NCBI GenBank assembly: GCA_038249465.1
Contig: JBBRWD010000011.1
Span: forward strand, 38,458 to 102,457
Direction: 5' to 3'
DNA length: 64,000 nucleotides
From: Limisphaerales bacterium
GTDB lineage: Bacteria; Verrucomicrobiota; Verrucomicrobiia; Limisphaerales; JBBRWD01
The stretch's first letter is position 1; each line of letters starts with the position of its first letter. The notes below the pieces were generated by a model. It saw only the letters and a list, made by a program, of their open reading frames with translations, had not been told where the DNA came from and did no database searches. The position numbers and the translations under genes are program-made. Positions 36,414 to 44,415 of this stretch are shown here, piece by piece.

Positions 36414-37466
36414 ATGACTCTTCTTGAGAGATTCAGGAACGTCTGCGTGCTGGCCAGCCTGCTAGCCATTGCTTCATTCGTTCTTCCGGCCCACGGAGCC
36501 ACGCGGGAGAAGAGCGGTCCGGCCACGGCGGATTGGGTGCGCGCCGGATTCAATACCAATCGCCCGGTGTGGGGCGTGCGCGGCGGTCTTTTGTGGGGAC
36601 TTCCCGCTGGACGCAATCCCTCGGACGGCCCGCGCGGGTTGATCCGGCTTTGGTCGCCGGTGCTGACGAACGGAGGCTACGACCTGATCAACTTCATCGC
36701 CGTCGAACCGATCGTGCGGGGACGCCGCGGCTTCAGCGAACTGGAACGCAGCGCGCTGGACACTGTGCCCGGTCGGAGAATGTGGGTGGTGAATCCGCAA
36801 GCCGCGACCGGCCCCGCCACAAATTTGCATCCAGGACAGCTCTCGCGTCTCGCATCGGGCGCGCAACAACTGAGCGTCCAGGTGGGCGTCGAGCGATTCG
36901 ACAATGGCGCCGAAGTCAGCCTCACCGTTTGCCAACGCAGCGATGCGCCGGACGAGATCGAACTGCTCATTCACGCCGTGCCCGGCAGCGCGCCGCTGGA
37001 ATACTGCATCCTCACTGCGACCATGGGCAACAAGGCACGCGCCCGGCAGCTCTGGCTGAAGGACGCCATCGTCAGTAGCCTTCAGCTTTACCCGGACTAT
37101 CGCGGAACCGACTTCGCGCCGCATCGAATCTTTCCGCTTGAACGATTGCCGCGCAACGCCGCGGGCGCCGTGTTCGCCGCCATCACCACCGACGAGGCGC
37201 ACCCGTCGGCTGTCGAGCCGTTTCCGGGCAAACGACACTGGCGGTATAACGGCGTTCCGGTGACACAATACTGGAAGAAGCCAGCCGGTGCGTGGCGTGA
37301 CGATCTGCATGTGGCAGTCAACGGGCGCTTCACCTACTGGCTCTCGCGGCAACCCATCCCCGGCGGCATCGCGTTTGAAAACTTCGAGATGCGTGAGCGC
37401 TTCCACGATGGTCAACGCTTCGTCTTCGGCGTCACCCGGAAGCCGCCGTTTGAAAAAGCTCCGTGA
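36414..37466 (+). CDS. hypothetical secreted protein
   Basis: ATG at 36414 (the track start at 36408 is TTG). The signal peptide is 'MTLLERFRNVCVLASLLAIASFVLPAHGA'. The composition is coherent. I recognise no family. The gene is convergent with the GH12 gene. Confidence 0.55.
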   Translation: MTLLERFRNVCVLASLLAIASFVLPAHGATREKSGPATADWVRAGFNTNRPVWGVRGGLLWGLPAGRNPSDGPRGLIRLWSPVLTNGGYDLINFIAVEPIVRGRRGFSELERSALDTVPGRRMWVVNPQAATGPATNLHPGQLSRLASGAQQLSVQVGVERFDNGAEVSLTVCQRSDAPDEIELLIHAVPGSAPLEYCILTATMGNKARARQLWLKDAIVSSLQLYPDYRGTDFAPHRIFPLERLPRNAAGAVFAAITTDEAHPSAVEPFPGKRHWRYNGVPVTQYWKKPAGAWRDDLHVAVNGRFTYWLSRQPIPGGIAFENFEMRERFHDGQRFVFGVTRKPPFEKAP

Positions 37467-37517
37467 AGAAGCGCGGCGGCCGGGAGCCTGCGGGTGAGGT
37501 ATGCTACCGACGCCGTG

Positions 37518-38294
37518 TCAGCGGACGCGGCTGCTCGACGGCGTCGAGTTTGTCGCGTCGCTGGCGGGCGACGTGGGGTCGAGCCTCGGTTTTGACTTGG
37601 CGTCGATCGAAAAGGCGGTGACCCGGAACGTGGCGTCGGCATCGTCCGTGGACACCACCTCCACGCCGAAGCAGATTTGATTCAAGGTGGACTGGCTCGG
37701 GAGCCAGCCTTTGGCGATGGACCATTTCATGATGTCGAGGAGATCCACCGTTCCCGAGGTGAAGTTGGTCTTCGCCACGAAAGCGATGTAGCCGCTGCCG
37801 GGACTCCGGTAGGCCAGGTAGGTTTGGCTGCCGAAGGTCACCTCCTGCACGAATTTGCCGCCGGGCACCTGTTTGAAGTTCCCGGTCCAGATCATGATCT
37901 CCGTGCAACCCGGCTTGGCGATGCCATTGAGCCAGATGTCATAGGCGACGTTGTAGATGCCGACGTGCGGGCTGGTCTCGGCGAAGCGGCTGGTGATTGA
38001 GTCAAACGAATCGAACGGCACGCTGCGATAATCTTTGTGGACGTTCGGGTAGGTCTTGACGGCACCGTCGCCCGTCTTGTTGTTCATCCTCGTGACGACC
38101 TGCCAGTTGTCAGGGGACCACGCAGAGAGAGTCGAGTTGCACCGGCGATACTTGGCGCTGTTCCACATGTTGTTGTGGACATAGTAGCCGCCGCTGGACC
38201 AGCCCCCGTTCGGATCGGACGTCACGAACACGGGATTGGCGGCGCCAGTTGCGAGCAACGCGGCCGCGGTGAGTGCAATGGTGGCCAGTTTCAT
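37518..38294 (-). CDS. glycoside hydrolase family 12 endo-beta-1,4-glucanase-like enzyme
   Basis: ATG at 38294 was verified ('MKLATIALTAAALLATGAA' is a signal peptide). GH12 hallmarks are present: 'YYVHNNMWN', 'VKTYPNV', 'YNVAYDIWL', 'TEIMIWTG' (nucleophile Glu) and 'ICFGVEVVS' (acid/base Glu). Confidence 0.85.
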   Translation of the reverse strand: MKLATIALTAAALLATGAANPVFVTSDPNGGWSSGGYYVHNNMWNSAKYRRCNSTLSAWSPDNWQVVTRMNNKTGDGAVKTYPNVHKDYRSVPFDSFDSITSRFAETSPHVGIYNVAYDIWLNGIAKPGCTEIMIWTGNFKQVPGGKFVQEVTFGSQTYLAYRSPGSGYIAFVAKTNFTSGTVDLLDIMKWSIAKGWLPSQSTLNQICFGVEVVSTDDADATFRVTAFSIDAKSKPRLDPTSPASDATNSTPSSSRVR

Positions 38295-38560
38295 TGAGTT
38301 CACCAAGAGTGTGCTTAACCGAAGAGTGTGCGGCGTTCTTTGTTCGATGCGATTCTATGGGACGGCTGACCCGCCGTCGAGCCGTGAATGGCCCGGCCAT
38401 TCCCATCCACCTGCGCTTCTTCTCAAGCCGCAGGACTGAAGACAGTGCTGGACAAAATTTTAAATCTCAGCCATTTACGTGCCGCACGGCAATGAAAGTG
38501 GCCTTCAACTCAGATTCCCGCAGACCTCGACTTCCGGCAACCTAGCCCAGAACGCATGTG

Positions 38561-38998
38561 ATGAAACTTCCCGTATGGATTGAGGCAAGTAACAGACTTG
38601 TGCCAGCGGTCGAAAAATTGCCGGTGTCCATTCCGCGGCCTGATTCGTTAGTCTCCCCGCGCAATGAGTCTCAATTGGAGGCTTGGAAAAAACAAGAAAG
38701 TGAACGTCGCGGAAGGTTAGACAGAGCCGTACGCGAATGGTTGGTCCACGATTGTTGGTCATCCGATCTCGATGCCACTGACGGATACCTTTTGTTGCTG
38801 CGAGTCGATGCTGCAATAAAGTGGCTCGATCTTGGAAGGTGTGGCGTCGTGGCTGAAGCGGAACCGACCGCGCTTTTGGAATCACTTCTGATCGATGGAT
38901 GGTCTGAACATTTCCTTGAGGAGCATTGCCGGTTTCTCTCATTCTGTGCCGCGTCATATTTTTGTGGTCGCGAGGATGCCGGAGCATTTGCCGAGTAA
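38561..38998 (+). CDS. hypothetical protein in the lower-GC islet (uncertain; a 160-aa ORF on the opposite strand overlaps it)
   Basis: ATG at 38561. The sequence has no recognisable motif. The alternative ORF 38505..38987 (-) cannot be excluded from sequence alone. Confidence 0.3.
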   Translation: MKLPVWIEASNRLVPAVEKLPVSIPRPDSLVSPRNESQLEAWKKQESERRGRLDRAVREWLVHDCWSSDLDATDGYLLLLRVDAAIKWLDLGRCGVVAEAEPTALLESLLIDGWSEHFLEEHCRFLSFCAASYFCGREDAGAFAE

Positions 38999-39212
38999 AC
39001 TATCGTTCAATAAGCGCTACAGAGTCCGAACACAATCTGGACTCAAATGGGGTTAACCGCGGTGAGGTGGAACTCGCCAGCGCCTGAACCGGGCCCAATA
39101 ATTCGGCAAGATTGGAAGAGCCAAAATGAGAACCAAAGAGTGATTTGGCAGGTGACTCCTGCCGCTGTCAGCTTCGACGCTCTGGACTCGATTCGATTAA
39201 ATTAGTCGCCGG

Positions 39213-40004
39213 TTAGCTGACCGTTGCGTCCGCATTCTTTGCGATTTCTGGTGGAAGTATATCCCAAGCGTTTCTTGCGGGTGCGGAGTAATCAGTTGGG
39301 CGGCACTGTACCGTGATCTTGCCATTAGCGTCGAAGCCAAAACTCAATGAAACGCCTATCCCGCCGCCCATGTCGAGGCACCATCGGCAGAATCGATTAC
39401 GTTCCGGTGTTGGTTGACCATACAGGCAAGAAGTGAAACGTCCGCATTGCGGACACTCAAGTAATCCCAAATCGTGTCCCGCCTGTCGTAGTGATTTGCG
39501 AAGCGAATTGATGGCGTCAAGCGTCCGGCCCGACGCCCAATCAGGAAGCCGGCACAGAACTGCCCATAGCACTAACCCAACCTCGTAAAGTAAAATCGCA
39601 ATTTGAACTGATCCCGCGTGCTGCCAATCGGTGAAATACCGGTTAATACTGCGAGTGCCGGACGGATGTAAGCAAAACGGACAGTGGCAGACAGCCTCAA
39701 AGACCCGATCATCAATTCTGCGAAGCGGTGAGAGGTTGGCAATCGGTTGGAGGTTCGGTATCTGCGCAATGGCGTCAAGGATTCTGTCGCACGCTTTAGG
39801 AAACTCTTTGATTGGCCAAGGGTGTTGCCCTCCTCGAATTTCGGTAACCGCACCAGCGAGCAGAGCGATCATTGAAGAAACTCGATATGCCGGCGCATTT
39901 GCCCAAGTAGCTAGATAATCTCGCAGCAACACCCGCTCGGGATCAGCGCCACACAGCGGGCACCGGAAGTGAAACATGTAGATCTGGAATTCCTCGGAAC
40001 TCAT
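39213..40004 (-). CDS. hypothetical CxxC-rich (putative multi-zinc-ribbon) protein in the lower-GC islet
   Basis: ATG at 40004 was verified. There are four Cys pairs: 'CPLCG', 'CHCPFC', 'CPQCG' and 'CRWC'. Hand counts give 31/60 and 30/60 G+C at 39241-39300 and 39541-39600, against 39/60 at 40081-40140 in the neighbouring gene. Confidence 0.55.
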   Translation of the reverse strand: MSSEEFQIYMFHFRCPLCGADPERVLLRDYLATWANAPAYRVSSMIALLAGAVTEIRGGQHPWPIKEFPKACDRILDAIAQIPNLQPIANLSPLRRIDDRVFEAVCHCPFCLHPSGTRSINRYFTDWQHAGSVQIAILLYEVGLVLWAVLCRLPDWASGRTLDAINSLRKSLRQAGHDLGLLECPQCGRFTSCLYGQPTPERNRFCRWCLDMGGGIGVSLSFGFDANGKITVQCRPTDYSAPARNAWDILPPEIAKNADATVS

Positions 40005-40041
40005 CTAGCGTCATCCTAAAATCAACCATTCCTCACGAGAC

Positions 40042-41037
40042 TCACTCCGGCCGCAGCACGATCTTCCCCGCGAGCGTGCCAGCCTGACGCAGCGTGTTGT
40101 CTTCCTGCAAACGATGCGCGGCGGCGGCTTCGCTCAACGGCAGCACGCGGTCGATGCGCGGCTTGAATTGTCCGCCGGCGAGCCAGCGGTTGATCTGCTC
40201 CGCGCTGGCGCGTTGCTCGTCGGGCGTGGCGTTGAACATCGCGAAGCCGAGCAAAGAACAGTCGCGCGTGTAAAACGGACCGACCGGGAACGCCGGCTTC
40301 GCCTCGCGTCCGGCCATGAGGATGAAACGCCCGCGCTTCGCCAGCAGCGGAATGGCGCGCTCGAAGTCCGGTTCGCGCCGCGTCTCCCACCACACATTCA
40401 CGCCGTCGGGCGCGGCCTTCTTCACCTCGGCGGCCACGTCCTGGGTCCGATAGTTGATGACGTGCGCGGCGCCAAGCTGCCGGCAGATCGCGGCCTTCTC
40501 CTCGCTGCCCGCCGTGGTGATGACGCGCGCGCCGAGCGCCCGGGCCAACTGCACCACCGTCGAGCCGACGCCTCCTGCGCCGCCGCTGACGAAAAGTGTT
40601 TCACCGTCGCGCAGCCGTGCATGCGGCACGAGTCCAAGGTGCGCCGTGATCCCCACCAGCGCGCCTGCGGCGGCCGAATCATCGCTGACGTTTGCAGGCG
40701 TCGGATACAGCCAGCATTCCTCGACGGCGGCCAACTCGGCGAATGTTCCCTGCCGCCCGAAGAGACCCTGATTGCTGCCCCACACGCGGTCGCCAACGTG
40801 GAAGCGCGTCACCTGCGGGCCGACGGATTCCACCACGCCCGCGAGATCACAGCCCACGATGAACGGGCGCGGCAGCGTCATCGCGACTGCGCCGCTGCGG
40901 ACGTAAGTGTCGATGGGATTGACGCTGACGGCCCGCACGCGCACGAGCACTTGCGCGCCGGTGGGCGCGGGGTCGGGCAAATCGCCGAAGACGAGATTCT
41001 CGGGCGGGCCGGGTTGTTGGATGAAGGCGGCTTTCAT
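40042..41037 (-). CDS. NADPH:quinone oxidoreductase / zeta-crystallin-type medium-chain dehydrogenase
   Basis: ATG at 41037 ('MKAAFIQQPGPPENL'; the track start at 41058 is TTG). The nucleotide-binding motif is 'VSGGAGGVGSTVVQLARALGARVITTAGSEEK'. No zinc-ligand Cys cluster is present. Confidence 0.85.
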   Translation of the reverse strand: MKAAFIQQPGPPENLVFGDLPDPAPTGAQVLVRVRAVSVNPIDTYVRSGAVAMTLPRPFIVGCDLAGVVESVGPQVTRFHVGDRVWGSNQGLFGRQGTFAELAAVEECWLYPTPANVSDDSAAAGALVGITAHLGLVPHARLRDGETLFVSGGAGGVGSTVVQLARALGARVITTAGSEEKAAICRQLGAAHVINYRTQDVAAEVKKAAPDGVNVWWETRREPDFERAIPLLAKRGRFILMAGREAKPAFPVGPFYTRDCSLLGFAMFNATPDEQRASAEQINRWLAGGQFKPRIDRVLPLSEAAAAHRLQEDNTLRQAGTLAGKIVLRPE

Positions 41038-41056
41038 GGCGTCGTTGGGGAACTGC

Positions 41057-41083
41057 AAATTTTCAATTGTAAATTCTCAATTG
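41057..41083 (-). promoter_or_regulatory. AT-rich tandem 13-mer containing CAATTG palindromes, immediately upstream of the oxidoreductase gene (candidate operator or promoter)
   Basis: 'AAATTTTCAATTG' (41057-41069) and 'AAATTCTCAATTG' (41071-41083) match at 12/13 positions with a 14-nt period. A partial third copy, 'AAATTGA', follows. The site lies 20-46 nt upstream of ATG 41037. It is strikingly AT-rich for this genome. Confidence 0.4.
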
Positions 41084-41202
41084 AAATTGACGGCAAGCCC
41101 GGGCTTCGGCGGTTCAAAGCGCGGATTCAGCCGAGCGTCCTGACAAGGGCTCCTCTCCCCTCAACGGGGAGAGGGAGAACAATTGCGTGACGTCCTTCAC
41201 GC

Positions 41203-43149
41203 TCACGGATTCGCCGCCAGCCAGTAACGAATGCGCGCCGCCTCGGGGTGACGCGGTTCGAGTTCGAGCACGCGCACGTAATGGTCGCGCGCGAAGCTCG
41301 GCTGGTTGAGCAGTTGCGAGTAGATGTTGCCGAGCAACAGATGGACCCGCACATCGTTCGGCGTCTGCTTCAACAAGATGATCAATTGATCGGCGGCGTC
41401 CATCGGGTATTCGGCCTGCTTGAGCGCGAGGCCGAAGTTGTAGCGCGCGTCGGCCGAGTCGGACTGGATCGTCAGCGCGTACTCATAAGCCTGGAGGGCG
41501 CGCTTGAAATCGCGGTTCTCCTGCGCGGCAAGGCCAATGTTGTAGTAAGCCTCGAAGCATCCCGGGTCCGCTTTGACCGCCTGTTGATATTCGGTGATGG
41601 CCAGCTTGTACTTGCCGGCCTGGTGCGCCGCGTAACCCCGTTGCAGCGACCGGTCGGCCGTCACGCGATTGCCCGTGCCGGGTTTGATCGGTGACAGGAA
41701 CGCGTAACGATCGAAGGTGCGGACGGGCACCGGCGTGGCGCGCGCTGCTTCGGCTTCACGCGCCGCGTAAACCATCCCCGTCACCGTGCCTCCGATGGGG
41801 GTGGATGTGGACTTCGCGGTCCTGGTCTTGCTTTTGAACGGATTCAGTTTCGCGAGGAAACTTTTCTTTTCCCGGGCGGCGGCGTCGGCCGGACTTTCGG
41901 GCGGCAGATTGGTGAAATCCGCCCGGGATGAATAAACGCGAGGCTGGCCGGGCAAGGCTGGCGTCACCGTGGGTGCTGGATCCCGAGTCATTTCTTGAGC
42001 CGGACGGATGACGAGATCGCCGGCGACCTGGGTCACCAGCAGGTCCGGAGGCGGATGGGGGTTGAGCACCACAACGGGCGCTGGCACCACCGGTTTGACC
42101 GTCGTCGCGGTGACGGTCGGCGTCACTGGGGGGGGCGGTTTGATCCCAGGCGCGGTCGTGGGCGGCTTCGCGCGAACGGCCGTGGTCGTCGGTGCGGCGG
42201 TCGTGGTGGCGTTGCCCGCCGCCGACAGCGAGGCCACGGCGACATTGGTGCGCACGACCGGACGAAGACCGGCCACGATGCCCGGGTTGGTTTCCGGCGC
42301 GACCACCGGTTTGGCTTCAACGCTTCGCGCCGGTGCGGGTTCGCTGCTTCGCGCTGCGCTCGGCGTGACCACCGCGATCGGTGTGGCCGCGGCCCCTGGA
42401 TCAAGGGAGCGGACGATTTGCTCGACGGCTACGGCGTCGGCCGGGCGGGGCTGCAGGGCGAGGTACTGCCGGTATAGCTGGAGCGCCTTGGACTTGTTGT
42501 TGAGCGATTGCTGATTGAGCACCGCAAGATTGAGCAGGGCCGGGCCGTAGCCCGGATCCTGGGCAAGCGCCTTCTGGAATGACATCGCCGCATCCTGCGG
42601 GCGGCGGCGTTGCTGGGCGACGAGGCCGAGGCCGTTCAACGCCTCGGCGCTCCTGGGCTGCTGTTCGAGGGCGAGGTTGAAGCACCGCTCCGCCTCCTCG
42701 AGATGCCGGGCGCGCATCCGGGCCGTGCCCAGCTTGAGCCAGCCGCCCAGCGCAGTGGGATTGGCGATGGTGAAGGCGGACAACTCTTCGAGGGCCGGCG
42801 CGAGCTGGTTTTGATCGAGCAACAGGCAGCCGAGATTGAAGCGGACGGCGATGAGTTTGTGATCGAGGGAGAGAGCGGTGCGATAGGCACGCAAGGCCTC
42901 CTCGGGTTGGTGGCTGCCGTGGTAGGCGAGGCCGAGGAAATTCCACGCCACCGCATCCCGGGGCATCAATTCGGTGGCCGTGCGCAATTTTTCCACCGCT
43001 TCTGAATATCGCCCTTCCTGAATCAGTCTTTCGCCCGTGAGCAGCGCGCGGGGGCCGGGCGGGCCGCATCCGCTCACCAGCCAGGAACCGAGCATGAGCG
43101 TGAGGAAAAGAGCCCGGACACCGCGAGAATTTCTGTTTGTCGGCACCAT
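41203..43149 (-). CDS. TPR-repeat lipoprotein with a central Pro/Thr/Ala/Val-rich low-complexity region
   Basis: ATG at 43149 was verified. The lipobox is 'LMLGSWLVSGC'. TPR-like repeats occur at both ends ('AWNFLGLAYHGSHQPEEALRAYRTALSLDH', 'AYYNIGLAAQENRDFKRALQAYEYALTIQ'). Confidence 0.8.
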   Translation of the reverse strand: MVPTNRNSRGVRALFLTLMLGSWLVSGCGPPGPRALLTGERLIQEGRYSEAVEKLRTATELMPRDAVAWNFLGLAYHGSHQPEEALRAYRTALSLDHKLIAVRFNLGCLLLDQNQLAPALEELSAFTIANPTALGGWLKLGTARMRARHLEEAERCFNLALEQQPRSAEALNGLGLVAQQRRRPQDAAMSFQKALAQDPGYGPALLNLAVLNQQSLNNKSKALQLYRQYLALQPRPADAVAVEQIVRSLDPGAAATPIAVVTPSAARSSEPAPARSVEAKPVVAPETNPGIVAGLRPVVRTNVAVASLSAAGNATTTAAPTTTAVRAKPPTTAPGIKPPPPVTPTVTATTVKPVVPAPVVVLNPHPPPDLLVTQVAGDLVIRPAQEMTRDPAPTVTPALPGQPRVYSSRADFTNLPPESPADAAAREKKSFLAKLNPFKSKTRTAKSTSTPIGGTVTGMVYAAREAEAARATPVPVRTFDRYAFLSPIKPGTGNRVTADRSLQRGYAAHQAGKYKLAITEYQQAVKADPGCFEAYYNIGLAAQENRDFKRALQAYEYALTIQSDSADARYNFGLALKQAEYPMDAADQLIILLKQTPNDVRVHLLLGNIYSQLLNQPSFARDHYVRVLELEPRHPEAARIRYWLAANP

Positions 43150-43219
43150 GTCAGGTGATAATTTGCGACCCGTTTAAGTGTCACGAATCAAACCAACTTG
43201 CAACAAAATCATCGGCGCG

Positions 43220-44251
43220 ATGAGCGCCGCGCTCTTCCTGCTGGCCGCGAGTGCCGGGGTGTCGGGCGAAGGCTATCACTCGTTCGGCCTGGGCAGCGGC
43301 ATACCCGCCCTGCAAGCCCGCGTGGTGATTGTCGAAGACCCGCAGGCCGTCCGCACCTTCGTGCCCGACGCTGGCATCGTGGCAGGCATGTTCGACCGCG
43401 CACTGCTCTATTTTACCCGCAAGCCAAACGTGCATGAGGCCTGGCTCAGTCTGGTTTCCACGAAGGACACCATCGGCCTCAAGGTCTATTCCGCGCCCGG
43501 CCCGCTGGCCGGCACGCGCCCGGCGGCGGTCGAGGCCGTGGTGCGCAGCCTGCTCGCCGCGCAGATTCCGGCGACGAACATCATCATCTGGGATAAGAAC
43601 CTCTCGGATCTCAAGTCGGCCGGCTTCGTGGATCTGGCCCGGCGTTTCGGCGTCGGCGTGCAGGGGGCGGCCGAGGCGGGCTACGACCCGAAAGTCTATT
43701 CCGAAAAGCCCTTCATCGGTTTCCTGGTGTATGGCGACCTCGAATTCAACAAGACGCCCGAAGGCAAGGGTCGCAAATCGTTCGTCTCGCGGCTGGTCAC
43801 GAAGCGCCTGACAAAGATCGTCAACATCTCCCCGATGCTCAGCCACAACACCGCCGGCGTTTCGGGCAATATCTTCAGCCTCGCCACCGGCGCCGCGGAC
43901 AACGTGCTGCGCTTCGAGTCCAAGCCGGCCCTCATGGCCGAGGCGGTGCCGGATCTTTATCTCCTCCCCGAAGTCGGTGACCGCGTGGTGCTCAGCGTGG
44001 TGGACGCGCTCCTCTGCCAGTATCAGGGCGAAAGCCAGAGCCTGCTGCAATACTCCACGGTGTTGAATGAACTGCGCCTGAGCAAGGATCCGGTCGCGCT
44101 CGATGTGCTGTCCTTGCGCGAGATCAACCGGCAGCGAGTGACCGCCGGCATGGCCGCGCGCACGAATGCGAACGAGATTTATTTCAACGCCTCGATCGCG
44201 GAACTGGGCACCTACGACGATTCGGACATCAGCATTGAGAAGGTGCCGTAG
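43220..44251 (+). CDS. DUF362-like protein with an N-terminal signal sequence
   Basis: ATG at 43220 ('MSAALFLLAASAGVSGEG'; the track start at 43178 is GTG). 'RVVIVEDPQAV...IGLKVYSAPGPLAGTRPAAVEAVVRSLLAAQIPATNIIIWD' follows the DUF362 pattern as I recall it. Confidence 0.5.
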   Translation: MSAALFLLAASAGVSGEGYHSFGLGSGIPALQARVVIVEDPQAVRTFVPDAGIVAGMFDRALLYFTRKPNVHEAWLSLVSTKDTIGLKVYSAPGPLAGTRPAAVEAVVRSLLAAQIPATNIIIWDKNLSDLKSAGFVDLARRFGVGVQGAAEAGYDPKVYSEKPFIGFLVYGDLEFNKTPEGKGRKSFVSRLVTKRLTKIVNISPMLSHNTAGVSGNIFSLATGAADNVLRFESKPALMAEAVPDLYLLPEVGDRVVLSVVDALLCQYQGESQSLLQYSTVLNELRLSKDPVALDVLSLREINRQRVTAGMAARTNANEIYFNASIAELGTYDDSDISIEKVP

Positions 44252-44323
44252 CGGCGTCTCGGCAGAGCGCCGATCTCTTCTCGCGTTCGTACAGATGGCG
44301 GCGCTCTGCCGAGGCGCCGCTAC
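44248..44323. repeat. 25-bp-stem palindromic hairpin (REP-like) overlapping the stop codon of the upstream gene
   Basis: The left arm is GTAGCGGCGTCTCGGCAGAGCGCCG (44248-44272). The reverse complement of the right arm (44299-44323) is GTAGCGGCGCCTCGGCAGAGCGCCG, giving 24/25 complementarity. The loop is 26 nt. No T-tract follows, so this is not a canonical intrinsic terminator. Confidence 0.8.
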
Positions 44324-44415
44324 GCCGCCGTTCCTGGCGTAATATTCTCCTCACGCCGCAAGCGCCTTCCATTTTTCCCGTAACAAAATCTCGGATTCGC
44401 TTCTGAGGAGGGTGT

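Noticed and set aside
41152-41174. The hairpin CCTCTCCCC-TCAAC-GGGGAGAGG between the TPR lipoprotein gene and the oxidoreductase gene, considered as an intrinsic terminator.
   Set aside because: There is no U/T tract on either strand after the stem. It looks like a member of the same GGGGAGAGG palindrome family seen inside the helicase gene, so I treat it as a repeat rather than a terminator.
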